From an uncultured delta proteobacterium (lineage in GTDB: Bacteria; Myxococcota_A; Polyangia; Fen-1088), in the NCBI GenBank assembly GCA_963767925.1, contig CAVYGB010000008.1:416001-480000 (forward strand): a DNA stretch of 64,000 bases, read 5' to 3'. The position numbers and the translations under genes are program-made. Shown here in pieces: positions 39,313 to 48,484 of this stretch; the stretch's first letter is position 1, and every line of letters starts with the position of its first letter. A model generated the notes under the pieces. That model searched no databases, had not been told where the DNA came from, and saw only the letters and a program-made list of their open reading frames with translations.

Positions 39313-42300
39313 TCAGACTTTTTCCGGAAGGTCTTCCCACTGCTCGAGGATGACGAAGTGGGGCTCGGTGGTCTCCTCGGGCAACAGGTCCTCGTAAGGC
39401 TCGCTGGTGCCGCCGGGGACTGCCGCGTCGAGTGGGCTCAGGGTGTCGGTCGGAGCGGCCTGCTCCTCGGGCTCGGCGGTGATCCACTCCTGCTCGCGCA
39501 TGATCTGCCAGGCCTTGCGGATCACTTTGTTGCGCAGGTTCTCGCCGCTGGCGTCGCCGGTGGCCGGGGCGGGCGGGTCGACCAGGGGCTCGACCCCCAG
39601 CCGTTTCAGCTCCCGAGCCACCCCGTCCATGATGCCGTCCTTGTCCCGGAAGAACTGGGTGGCCCGCACCTGGATGAAGCGCCAGCCGACCCGCTCGAGC
39701 ACGGCCTGGCGGGCCATGTCCTCGGCGATCCGCTCGGGGGACTTCAGGCGGTCCCCCTCGCAGGCGATGGCCACGTGGCGCTGGCCGTCGGACACGACGA
39801 TATCGATGCGGTGCCCCCCGATGTCGACGAGCGGCTCGATGCCGTAGCCCTGGGCCCGCAGCCGCTCGGTCACCTCGGCCTCGAAAGGGGACTGGGCCCG
39901 GGGGCGCATGCCCGGGCTGGCCGTGCGCACGGCCGGGTTGCGCACGTGCTCGATCAGGCGCCGCCGCAGGTCGCCGGCCTGCAGGTCGCGCCCGGGGTCC
40001 AGGCAGTGGATCAGCCAGAGCTGGTCGCGGGCCCGGCTGGCCCCGACGTTGTAGCGCTGCTTGAAGCTCAGCCGCTCCTGCATCGGCAGCACGTTGCCGT
40101 CTGACACGTCGACCATCGACAGGAAGACCACGTCGCGCTCGTCGCCCTGGAACTGGGCGGGGTTGCCCGAGACGAAGCGGCGCCGGTCGAGGTCGGCCAG
40201 GGGAGTGAGCTGCTGGATCAGCTCCTGGATGCGGCCGGCTTGCTCGTCGCCGAGCAGGGAGATGGCCCCGAAGGTCTTGTTGTCGTATTCGGGGAGGCTC
40301 ATGGCGGCGGCGGCCAGGGCGGCGACGACCTTGGCCTCGGCGTCGTTGATCTTGCCGCGTCGGGCAGGCTCGAGCAGGGGTGGGACCTGGTATTCGACGA
40401 GGTGGGGGCGGCGAGCGGCGTTGGGATCGCGCAGGGCGCGGATCTCGCCGTTGTAGGAGAGCTGGTTGGAGAACTCGATGATGTCGGGGACGCAGCGGAA
40501 GTGCTCGCGCAGACCGATGGTGCCGCCGAACGACTGGCGGGCCAGATCGTAGACCGAGGTCTGGCCGTCGTAGAGGTGGCTGTTGGGGATGCCGCCGAGG
40601 AACTGGCTGATGAGGGCCTGGGTGTCCTCCACCGTCTCGCCGATGGCCGAGGGGCTCACCTGCTCGTGGTCGCCAACGATGACCGCGCCCCGGCCCAGCG
40701 ACAGGGCCAGCAGGCCCAGCAGGTCGCACTGGCTGGCCTCGTCGACGATGACGACGTCGAACTTGGCGTGGCGGGCGTCGAAGCTCTCGGCCACCCGGGC
40801 CAGCGGCATGATCCAGACCGGCACCGCCTCCCGGGCCCGGGTGAGCAGCTCGCGGGCCTTGCGCTGCAGGGCGGGGGCCCGCTTGCCGGTCCCCTTGCCG
40901 ATCTTGCGCTGGGTGTCGGCCCAGCCGATGAGGGCCTGCCGCGACTCCAGGCCGGTGCGGCGGAGCTGGGCCAGCCAGGCCGAGTGGTCGACCAGCTCGA
41001 TGGTCACCTCCCGGAGCTGCTGCTGCTTGGCCTCGAGCCGCCCGGCCAGGGTGCGGTCGTCCAGCTCGGCCCGCCGGTCGAGCTCCTGCTCGATCTGGCG
41101 CCAGCGCCAGGCCGAGGCCAGATCGCGGGGCGCGATCGGGGCGCCGTGCATGCCCCGGCGGCGCTCGAGGGCGGCCGCCCACTGGGGGGCGGTCTGGGCC
41201 ACCTTGGCGAGCAGCTCGCGCCGCCGCTTGAGCACGGCGGTCTTGCGCCACAGGTCGTCGAGCCGGCGGTACTCCCGCTCGTAGGCGTGGGGGTCGAGCT
41301 CGTTGACCGCCTGGCGGAGCGACTGGCAGACGCCGAGCTTCCAGCCGCCCAGCCGTTCGGCCAGGGCCTTGAGCTTGCGCAGCGACTCGAGCCGGCCCAC
41401 CCCCTGCAGCCGCTCGTCGAGGGCGGTGCGCAGGGGACCGGCGGCGATGTGCAGGTCGCTCTCGAAGGGGACGCTGGGGGTGGAGCGGGCGATCTCGTCG
41501 GCCCGGAAGGCGGGCCAGTTGAGCCCCAGGGCGTAGAGCAGCGGCTCGGTCTGGGCCCAGCGCTCCGACCAGAGGCCGAGCAGCCGCTCGAACTGCTGGA
41601 CGTATTCGGCCAGGGTGGGCTCGGGCGGGTCGGGCAGGGTGGCGAAGGCCGGCAGGCCGGCCGGCTCGGCCTGGCGCGACCAGCGCAGCGCCAGGTCGGC
41701 GCGGGCGGCCTCCACCTCGGCCAGGGCGGCCAGGGCGGCGAAGTGGTCCGGCTCCCGGGGGGGCTGGCCGTTGACCCGGCAGCCCTCGAGCACCGTGCGC
41801 CAGTTCATGCGAAACAGGGTGGTGAGCCCGCTGAGGCTGCGGTGGGAGATGACCCGCCCGTGCAGCTCGGCGAACACCGCCGAGAGGCCCTGGCGGGGCA
41901 CCCGGGGATCGATCTCGGGGGCGTGCTCGAGCAGCAGCAGCTTGGCTTCCTGCCAGAGGGACTGGGCGGCGCGCACCTGCTCACCGAGCTGGCGCCAGAG
42001 GGCCTCCTCCGAGCCGCCGGCGTGTCCGGCGGCCACGATCTGGCGCTGCCAGGGGGTCAAGGCGGCGATGGCGCCGGCGAGCTGCTCGACCGCGCGCTTG
42101 GCGTTGGCCAGCGAGGCGGCGTCGCCTTGCATGGGGGCCCGCCGCCAGTAGCGCCCGCTCTCGATCCGTTTCTTCGACTGGATGAGCTCGATGTCGGTGC
42201 GCAGCTCGTTGGGGTGAGGCAGGTCGCCGGTCTCGGGCAGGCGCCCGCCCAGCTCCTGCTCCTCGTCGGCGGAGATGGTGTCGTTGCTGGCGTAGAGGTC

Positions 42301-44028
42301 GCGCAGCTCGGCCTCGCTGAGGGGGACGGGGGCGTCGGGGGGGATGGGGCCCGGCAGCCAGCCCAGCCGGTGGCCCTGCTCGCCCACCAGGCGGGCGGCG
42401 TCGGCTGGCGTGACCTCTTCACCGCCCAGCACCAGCGGGACGTATTCGGCGTCGCGGGCCGCCCGCAGCTCGCGGGTCAGGCGCTCGACCTCGTCGGAGA
42501 GCTGGCGCCGCTCCTTGGTGAGCGAATCCAGCTCGGCCGCCAGCCGCTCCTCGGTGCTGGTCGACAGCCGGTGGACGATGCCCCGCACGGCCTGCTCCAT
42601 CTGGGCCCGGCCCTCGAGGTCGTTGTCGAGGACCGACACGCACAGCGGGCGCAGCTCCTCCACGATCTGATCGCGCAGCACGCGCAGGGCCTTGGTGGTG
42701 TAGCTGGTGACGAGCACCCGCTTGCCGTGCGCCACCAGGTGCCCGACCAGGTTGGCGATGGTGTGGCTCTTGCCCGTGCCGGGAGGGCCCTGCACCAGGA
42801 CCGCCCCGTGGCGCTCGAGGGCCCGGGCGATCTCGATCTGCTCGGCGTTGGCCAGCTTGCTCAGCAGCAGGTCCTGGGTGCCGCCGCTCTGCCCGTCGCC
42901 CCAGGATCCCGGGCGGGGCTCGACGCCCACGATGCGGGTCAAGGCGGGGGGCAGCTCCTGCTCTCGATCGAGGTCCTCGAGCACCCGGTCGCAGGCCTCG
43001 GAGAAGCCGGCGGCCCGGTCGCGCACCAGCAGCCAGGCGTCGCGCACGATGACCGGTCCCTCGTGCTCGCCGGTCTCGTCGACGTCGGGGCGGAGCACGC
43101 CGGTCGGGCCGAGCTGCGAGACCAGCCGGCGCAGGAATACGCTCGTCTCGTCGCCGGCCAGGGGGTGAAAGCCGCCGGTCTCCAGCTCCTCTTGCAGCTC
43201 GTTGAGCTTGTCGCCCGAGAGGGTGCCGCCGGCCAGCAGCAGGGGGCCGGCCAGCTCGGCCGCCCGGTCGGAGTCGACCACCCGGAACTCGGGGATGTTG
43301 GGATCGAACACCAGATCCACCCGCTGCAGCAGGACGGGGTGATCGATGCGCCCCTCGGGCGTGGTCCAGAGCAGGCGGCCGTCGCCGAGCACGAGCTCGA
43401 TCCGCTCGCCTTCGCGTTCGATGTCGCTGTGGAGGGCGTAGAGCGCCTCGAACACCCGCATCGCCTCGCGGGCGGGGCGCTCCTCCTCGGCCCAGCGGTT
43501 CCAGGTGCGGGTCCAGGCGGCGAAGGCCCGGGTGCGGTTGGGGTCGTCGGCGAAACGCTCGGGGCCGACCTTGCTGCCGCGCACCCGGCGCGTGCGCATG
43601 TTCCAGACCGCGACCTTGCCGTCGGGACGTTCCCAGCCCTTGGCCACCCAGTCGGCCAGCAGGTCGGGCGGGGAGGGCGCCTTGGTGAGGGTCGGGCGGC
43701 GCACGCGCAGGAGCGGCTCGTTGAGGCGGCTGTCCTCCTCGTCGAAGATGCTGGTGGTCAACGTGCGGGAGCCGCCGGCCGTGCGCTCGCCGCGCAGCGT
43801 GACCGCGCCGACCCGGATGCTGGCGTGGCGGGGCAGGTCGCGGATGCGCAGCTTGCGCGGGACCTCGGCCAGCGAGCGCACGTTTGGCTCGCGCCGCTCC
43901 GCGAAGGCCCGCAGAAAAGAGAAGACCCTGCGAACCCGACGTCTTCCCTCCTCGTCCCGCCGGGCAGACGTGGGGCCCTGATCAAGGGCTGTTGACTCTA
44001 ATGTCACATGCGCCTCACACGGCCCCAT
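39313..44028 (-). CDS. Large SF1 (UPF1/DNA2-like) helicase with a C-terminal Vsr/DUF559-like restriction-endonuclease-fold domain; start uncertain
   Basis: Motifs QGPPGTGKSHT, IVDEASQ, VGDHEQ, EHFRC, FQGDERD and NVGASRAR. Tail SPFE..RIDIVV..AIxCxG..RQAVLERVGW. Confidence 0.88.
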   Translation of the reverse strand: MGPCEAHVTLESTALDQGPTSARRDEEGRRRVRRVFSFLRAFAERREPNVRSLAEVPRKLRIRDLPRHASIRVGAVTLRGERTAGGSRTLTTSIFDEEDSRLNEPLLRVRRPTLTKAPSPPDLLADWVAKGWERPDGKVAVWNMRTRRVRGSKVGPERFADDPNRTRAFAAWTRTWNRWAEEERPAREAMRVFEALYALHSDIEREGERIELVLGDGRLLWTTPEGRIDHPVLLQRVDLVFDPNIPEFRVVDSDRAAELAGPLLLAGGTLSGDKLNELQEELETGGFHPLAGDETSVFLRRLVSQLGPTGVLRPDVDETGEHEGPVIVRDAWLLVRDRAAGFSEACDRVLEDLDREQELPPALTRIVGVEPRPGSWGDGQSGGTQDLLLSKLANAEQIEIARALERHGAVLVQGPPGTGKSHTIANLVGHLVAHGKRVLVTSYTTKALRVLRDQIVEELRPLCVSVLDNDLEGRAQMEQAVRGIVHRLSTSTEERLAAELDSLTKERRQLSDEVERLTRELRAARDAEYVPLVLGGEEVTPADAARLVGEQGHRLGWLPGPIPPDAPVPLSEAELRDLYASNDTISADEEQELGGRLPETGDLPHPNELRTDIELIQSKKRIESGRYWRRAPMQGDAASLANAKRAVEQLAGAIAALTPWQRQIVAAGHAGGSEEALWRQLGEQVRAAQSLWQEAKLLLLEHAPEIDPRVPRQGLSAVFAELHGRVISHRSLSGLTTLFRMNWRTVLEGCRVNGQPPREPDHFAALAALAEVEAARADLALRWSRQAEPAGLPAFATLPDPPEPTLAEYVQQFERLLGLWSERWAQTEPLLYALGLNWPAFRADEIARSTPSVPFESDLHIAAGPLRTALDERLQGVGRLESLRKLKALAERLGGWKLGVCQSLRQAVNELDPHAYEREYRRLDDLWRKTAVLKRRRELLAKVAQTAPQWAAALERRRGMHGAPIAPRDLASAWRWRQIEQELDRRAELDDRTLAGRLEAKQQQLREVTIELVDHSAWLAQLRRTGLESRQALIGWADTQRKIGKGTGKRAPALQRKARELLTRAREAVPVWIMPLARVAESFDARHAKFDVVIVDEASQCDLLGLLALSLGRGAVIVGDHEQVSPSAIGETVEDTQALISQFLGGIPNSHLYDGQTSVYDLARQSFGGTIGLREHFRCVPDIIEFSNQLSYNGEIRALRDPNAARRPHLVEYQVPPLLEPARRGKINDAEAKVVAALAAAAMSLPEYDNKTFGAISLLGDEQAGRIQELIQQLTPLADLDRRRFVSGNPAQFQGDERDVVFLSMVDVSDGNVLPMQERLSFKQRYNVGASRARDQLWLIHCLDPGRDLQAGDLRRRLIEHVRNPAVRTASPGMRPRAQSPFEAEVTERLRAQGYGIEPLVDIGGHRIDIVVSDGQRHVAIACEGDRLKSPERIAEDMARQAVLERVGWRFIQVRATQFFRDKDGIMDGVARELKRLGVEPLVDPPAPATGDASGENLRNKVIRKAWQIMREQEWITAEPEEQAAPTDTLSPLDAAVPGGTSEPYEDLLPEETTEPHFVILEQWEDLPEKV

Positions 44029-44403
44029 GCCTCGGCGCCCAATGGGGGTGTGCGCCCGGCCTGGCGGCCCGATCCAAAAGGTTCAGGTTGCCCAAACCTC
44101 GCGCGCCGGTCAAGGCGATGGGTTCGTGAGTCAACGCACCGGCTCCGTTTCCGCGACCTGTTGTGGGCGAGGCTTGCTGTCCGCTTCGTTTCGATCGGTG
44201 CCTGCGAACGCGCTGGCCGCCCCCGGCGGGGAGCCGTCCCGGCCGGTCGCCGGGTGGGGAGCCGTCGCTGCGGGCGTGCGCGTATGGCATGGGTGCTGAC
44301 CCTGGATCACGGTGGTGTCGGTTTGACGCTCAAATAGCTGTGGCTGGAGATCGCGGAAGGCAACCGCCTCGCCGGCAGCGGTCATAATGCGCCCGGGACC
44401 ACC

Positions 44404-45297
44404 ATGCACTACCTCCTGCTCTACGATCTGGCCCCGGACTACCTGCAGCGCCGGGGCGCCTTCCGGGACGAACATCTGACCCTGGCCTGGCACGCGCACG
44501 ATCGCGGCGAGCTCCTGCTGGGCGGCGCGCTGGCCGATCCGGCCGACGGCTCCGTGCTGCTGTTCCAGGGGGAGACGCCCGCCGCCGCCGAGGCCTTCGC
44601 CGCCGGCGACCCCTACGTGCGCCACGGGCTCGTCACCCGCTGGCGGGTGCGGCCCTGGACCACGGTGGTGGGGGAGGAGGCCTGCAGTCCGGTGCGGCCC
44701 AGCGGCTTCGAGGAGGTGCTGCGCTTCTGGTTCGGGGAGCTCGACGCCAGCGGCCAGGCCGACGCGACCCACAGCGGGCGCTGGTTCCGCAAGGACCCCG
44801 CCTTCGATCAGCTCGTCCGCGATCAGTTCGGCGAGCTGCACAGCGCGGTGGCCCGCGGCGAGCGGAACCACTGGCTGGTCAAACCCCGCGGCCGCCTGGG
44901 CGCGCTCCTCGTGCTCGACCAGTTCTCGCGCAACATGTTCCGCGACACCGGCGGCTCCTTCGGCCAGGACAGCCGGGCCCAGACCATCGCCAGCGAGGGG
45001 CTGGCCCTGGGCCACGACCGGCAGGTGGCGCCGGCCGAGCGCATGTTCTTTTACATGCCGCTGATGCACGCCGAGGACCGGGAGGCCCAGGAGCGGTGCG
45101 TGGCGGCCTTCGGGCAATGGCGCGACGAGAGCACGGGGGCCGAGCGGGACCGGGTGGCGGGCCTGCTCCGCTACGCCGAGCAACACCGGGACATCGTCCG
45201 CCGCTTCGGCCGCTTCCCCCACCGCAACGGTCTGCTCGGTCGCGAGACAACCGCCGAGGAGGCGGCCTTCCTGAAGGGCCCCGACTCGTCGTTCTGA
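44404..45297 (+). CDS. YciI-like domain fused to DUF924 domain
   Basis: N-part RGAFRDEHL...GGAL...DPYV. C-part VLRFWF, LDQFSRNMFR, FFYMPLMHAE and RFGRFPHRN. Confidence 0.85.
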   Translation: MHYLLLYDLAPDYLQRRGAFRDEHLTLAWHAHDRGELLLGGALADPADGSVLLFQGETPAAAEAFAAGDPYVRHGLVTRWRVRPWTTVVGEEACSPVRPSGFEEVLRFWFGELDASGQADATHSGRWFRKDPAFDQLVRDQFGELHSAVARGERNHWLVKPRGRLGALLVLDQFSRNMFRDTGGSFGQDSRAQTIASEGLALGHDRQVAPAERMFFYMPLMHAEDREAQERCVAAFGQWRDESTGAERDRVAGLLRYAEQHRDIVRRFGRFPHRNGLLGRETTAEEAAFLKGPDSSF

Positions 45298-45312
45298 TCG
45301 AGGCCTGCCGGG

Positions 45313-46671
45313 TCAGGCCTCGATCGCGGCCAGGCCGCTGGTGAGGCGGCCGTCGGCCTCGCCGAACTCCGGGACCCGGGCCCCGGTGGCCCGGGCCAGG
45401 CTGAGCAGTGCGCGGCAGGCGTTTTCACCCGACCCGCGCACGTGCAGGCCGGTCCGGATCCGCCCGCCGGCCTTGCCCAGGACGAGCATGGGGAAGTCCT
45501 TGTGCCCGTGGGTCTTCGGCGTGGTGCAGTCGCTGGCCGCGAGGATGCCGCAGTTGTCGAGCAGGGTGCCGTTGCCCTCGGGTACCGCCTCCAGGGCCTG
45601 GATCAGCACGAGCAGCTCGCGCATGAAGAACTTTATCGTGGCGGTGCACTTGGGCTGATCGCCCGGCTCGTTGTGGGTGATGTCGTGGTAACGGCCGTAG
45701 CCGATCGAGCCGAGGGCCATCCGGGAGCCGGGCTTGGTGAGCTGGTAGGTGAAGACCCGGGTGAGGTCGCAGGAGAGGGCCAGGGCCAGCAGCTCGGCCA
45801 TGGTCTTGTTGACCAGGGGGCCGCGCGGCTCGTAGTCGACGCCGAGGGTGGGGCCGTGCAGGTCCTCGCCGGGGAGGCCGGGCGCCCGGCACACGACGGC
45901 GCCCCGCTGCATGATGCGCCTCTCGACCGAGCGCACCGCCTCGAGGTGCTGCTCGAGCCGGGGGCGATCGGCGCTGCCGAGGCCGCGGGCGAGCCGCCGG
46001 GCGTCGGTCATCACGGCGTCGAGCACGCTGCGCCGCTCGCGGATGGCCTGGGCGGCGGCGTCGGCGTCGCCGCCGGCCAGGTCGCCGAACAGGCGGTTGA
46101 AGACGTCCCGGCAGTTGAAGGCGCAGCGGTTGGGGCTGTTGGGCCCGTTGTGCGACCACCAGTGGAAGGCGGTGCCCCGCTCGTGGGCCTCCCCGTCGTC
46201 GATGCCGATCTCGATCGAGCGCAGGGGGGTCTCGCCGGCAAGCTCGCGGGCCACGAGCTGATCGATCGAGGCGCGGCGGGCGGTGTAGGTCGCGTCGTCG
46301 ATGCCGGCGATCTTGGCCGAGGTCATGAGGACGGTGTTGCCAGCCGCGTGGGGGCGCCCGTCGTAAGGCAGGTCGAAGCCGCTGACAACGGTGAGGTGCT
46401 TCTTGATGGGGGCCAGGGGGGTGAGCTCGTCCGACAGCTCCCAGCTTGCTCCGGTCTGCTTGGGGACCCAGCGGTCGAGGTGGACGCCGTTGGCGAAGGC
46501 CCACACGCCGAAGCGGCGGGGCAGGGGCTTGCCGCTGGCGTAGGCCTGACCGCTGTCGTCGAGCATCGCCGCCAGACGGGGCAGGCCGATCGCGACCGGC
46601 ACACCGGCCAGCGCCCCGCGCAGGAGGTGCCGCCGGCTGAGGTGCTTTCCGCGGGCGCTTCGGTGCAACAT
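45313..46671 (-). CDS. DUF1552-family protein (Tat-like leader)
   Basis: Motifs SRRHLLRG, NGV..W.P, L.PL, SIDQ, ALSCDLTRV, HDITH and GTLLDN. Confidence 0.85.
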   Translation of the reverse strand: MLHRSARGKHLSRRHLLRGALAGVPVAIGLPRLAAMLDDSGQAYASGKPLPRRFGVWAFANGVHLDRWVPKQTGASWELSDELTPLAPIKKHLTVVSGFDLPYDGRPHAAGNTVLMTSAKIAGIDDATYTARRASIDQLVARELAGETPLRSIEIGIDDGEAHERGTAFHWWSHNGPNSPNRCAFNCRDVFNRLFGDLAGGDADAAAQAIRERRSVLDAVMTDARRLARGLGSADRPRLEQHLEAVRSVERRIMQRGAVVCRAPGLPGEDLHGPTLGVDYEPRGPLVNKTMAELLALALSCDLTRVFTYQLTKPGSRMALGSIGYGRYHDITHNEPGDQPKCTATIKFFMRELLVLIQALEAVPEGNGTLLDNCGILAASDCTTPKTHGHKDFPMLVLGKAGGRIRTGLHVRGSGENACRALLSLARATGARVPEFGEADGRLTSGLAAIEA

Positions 46672-46688
46672 GGGGTTCCTTCCGTGCT

Positions 46689-48320
46689 TCAGCGCAGGTC
46701 GACGAAGGCCGGGCTCAGCGCCAGGGCCACCACCGCGTCGAGGACGCGGTACCGGGAGTCCTTGAACACGCGGCGCAGGTCCTGCAGCGACCGCTCGTCG
46801 GCCGGCCCCGGGATACGCCCGGTGGCGTAGCTGTACAGGTTGCGCATCAGGCAGTCGGGCACCCGCTCGTCGCGGCTCAACAGCTCGGCCAGCTCGACCG
46901 GGCTGGCGAAGGCCTTGCCGTCGAGGTCACCGCTGGGATCGATCGGGAGCCCGCTCTCCTCCTGGCGGTATTCGGCGAACTGGTCGAACTGCTCGAACGC
47001 CAGGCCGATGCCGTCGATGGCCCGGTGGCAGCGGGCGCAGCCGAAGTCGAGCCGGTGCTCCTCGAGTCGCTCGCGCACGGTCTTGGGCTCGCCCTCGGCC
47101 GGCTCGGGCAGGTTGGTGTCGACCGAGGGCGGCGGGGGCAACACCGGCTCGCACAGCATCACCTCGCGCACGAACTTGCCGCGCGCGGTGGGCGAGGTCT
47201 TGTCGGGCGCGGAGGTGCCGGTCAGGAACGAGCCCTGGCCGAGCAGGCCCCGGCGGGGTGAGTCGGCGGGGAGCATGATCTTGGTGAACATGCCGCCGTC
47301 GACGACCTTGGCCTGGTAGATGGCGGCGAGATCCCGGTTGAGGAAGGTGTCGCGGGTGACGAACAGCTTCCGGAAGTCGTCCCGCTCGACGAAGATGTTG
47401 TGCTCGAGCCCGAGCAAGGTCTCTTCCTTCATGAGGCGGCCCACCGCCCGGGTCGAGACCTTGGGCTCCTTCGCCTTGTCGCGCGAGACCCGCTCGACGG
47501 CGTCCAGGCGGTAAAGCTCGGAGAAGAAGTCGCGCAGCCCCTGGCGAGCCCGGGGCGAGGCCAGCAGGCGGTGCAGGTGGCGGCGCAGCCCGGCCTCGTC
47601 GGCCAGCTCGTCCCGCTCGGCGGCGTCGAGCAGCAGGGGATCGGGCGAGGTGTTCCAGAGGAAGAGGGACAGCCGGCTGGCCAGCTCCCAGCTCGTGAGC
47701 CGGTAACGTCCGGCGGGGTCGGGCTGGGGCCGTCCCCGCTCGACCACGTAGATGAAGCTCGGCGAGGCCAGGATGGCGGTGACGGCGACCCGCAGGCCGG
47801 CCCAGAAGTCGTCCCGCCGGCCGGCGGTCGTGAGGGCCAGAGACAGGAAGCGGGTCCGCTCCTCGCCGGTGAGGGGCCGGCGGAAGGCGGCTCGGCCCAG
47901 GCGCACGAGGAAGGCCTCGGCGCAGGGCTGGTCGGTGGCGCTGCGGGGGACGCAGCCCACCACGGTGTAGCGGCGGGCCTCGTCGTTCAGGACCTGGCGG
48001 GCGAGCACGTCGGCGGCGTTGAGGTAAAGCTCGGTCCCCTGAAAGGACGTCCCCACCTGGGCCGCGCCGGTGGTCGAGAAGCCGCCCACCGCCGGCTCCT
48101 CGTCGAGCATCGGAAAGACCAGGCCCGGGCCGAACAGGTCGGTGAGGGTGTTCTGGTACTGTCGCATGGTCAGCCGGCGCACGGCGGGGGCCGGCGCGGC
48201 GGTGGCCCTCCCCGACGCCGTCCCGGCCGTCCCCGAGCGGCTGGCCGGGCAGCCTGCCGACAGCAGGAGGAGCGCGAGCGCGCAGCCGGAGCCCAGAGCG
48301 CGGGGGAACGAGGTTCTCAT
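46689..48320 (-). CDS. DUF1592/DUF1588-family (PSD/PSCyt) lipoprotein with a c-type heme motif
   Basis: Lipobox-like LSAGC. Motifs RRLT..QY.NT..DL, AFRRP, ELASRLSLFLW, TSPTARG, CARCH and Y.YATGR. Confidence 0.85.
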   Translation of the reverse strand: MRTSFPRALGSGCALALLLLSAGCPASRSGTAGTASGRATAAPAPAVRRLTMRQYQNTLTDLFGPGLVFPMLDEEPAVGGFSTTGAAQVGTSFQGTELYLNAADVLARQVLNDEARRYTVVGCVPRSATDQPCAEAFLVRLGRAAFRRPLTGEERTRFLSLALTTAGRRDDFWAGLRVAVTAILASPSFIYVVERGRPQPDPAGRYRLTSWELASRLSLFLWNTSPDPLLLDAAERDELADEAGLRRHLHRLLASPRARQGLRDFFSELYRLDAVERVSRDKAKEPKVSTRAVGRLMKEETLLGLEHNIFVERDDFRKLFVTRDTFLNRDLAAIYQAKVVDGGMFTKIMLPADSPRRGLLGQGSFLTGTSAPDKTSPTARGKFVREVMLCEPVLPPPPSVDTNLPEPAEGEPKTVRERLEEHRLDFGCARCHRAIDGIGLAFEQFDQFAEYRQEESGLPIDPSGDLDGKAFASPVELAELLSRDERVPDCLMRNLYSYATGRIPGPADERSLQDLRRVFKDSRYRVLDAVVALALSPAFVDLR

Positions 48321-48484
48321 CGCCGGCCAGCACGCTACATCTTGGCGACCGGCGGCGCCAGACGGACGCCGGTCGATGTGCCCTCGCGCACGTCGCGTCA
48401 TCGACGGGGACGGTCCCGAGCCAGGGGGCCTGGCCGGGGGTGCTAACATGCCCGGCCCAGCCGGCCACCACAGGCCTCCCTCCC

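Noticed and set aside
44029..44403. ncRNA, riboswitch or FNR box (TTTGACGCTCAAA at 44322-44334) in the large intergenic gap
   Set aside because: No RNA family motif recognised, and the palindrome spacing does not fit FNR/CRP. An Rfam scan would be needed to exclude an RNA.
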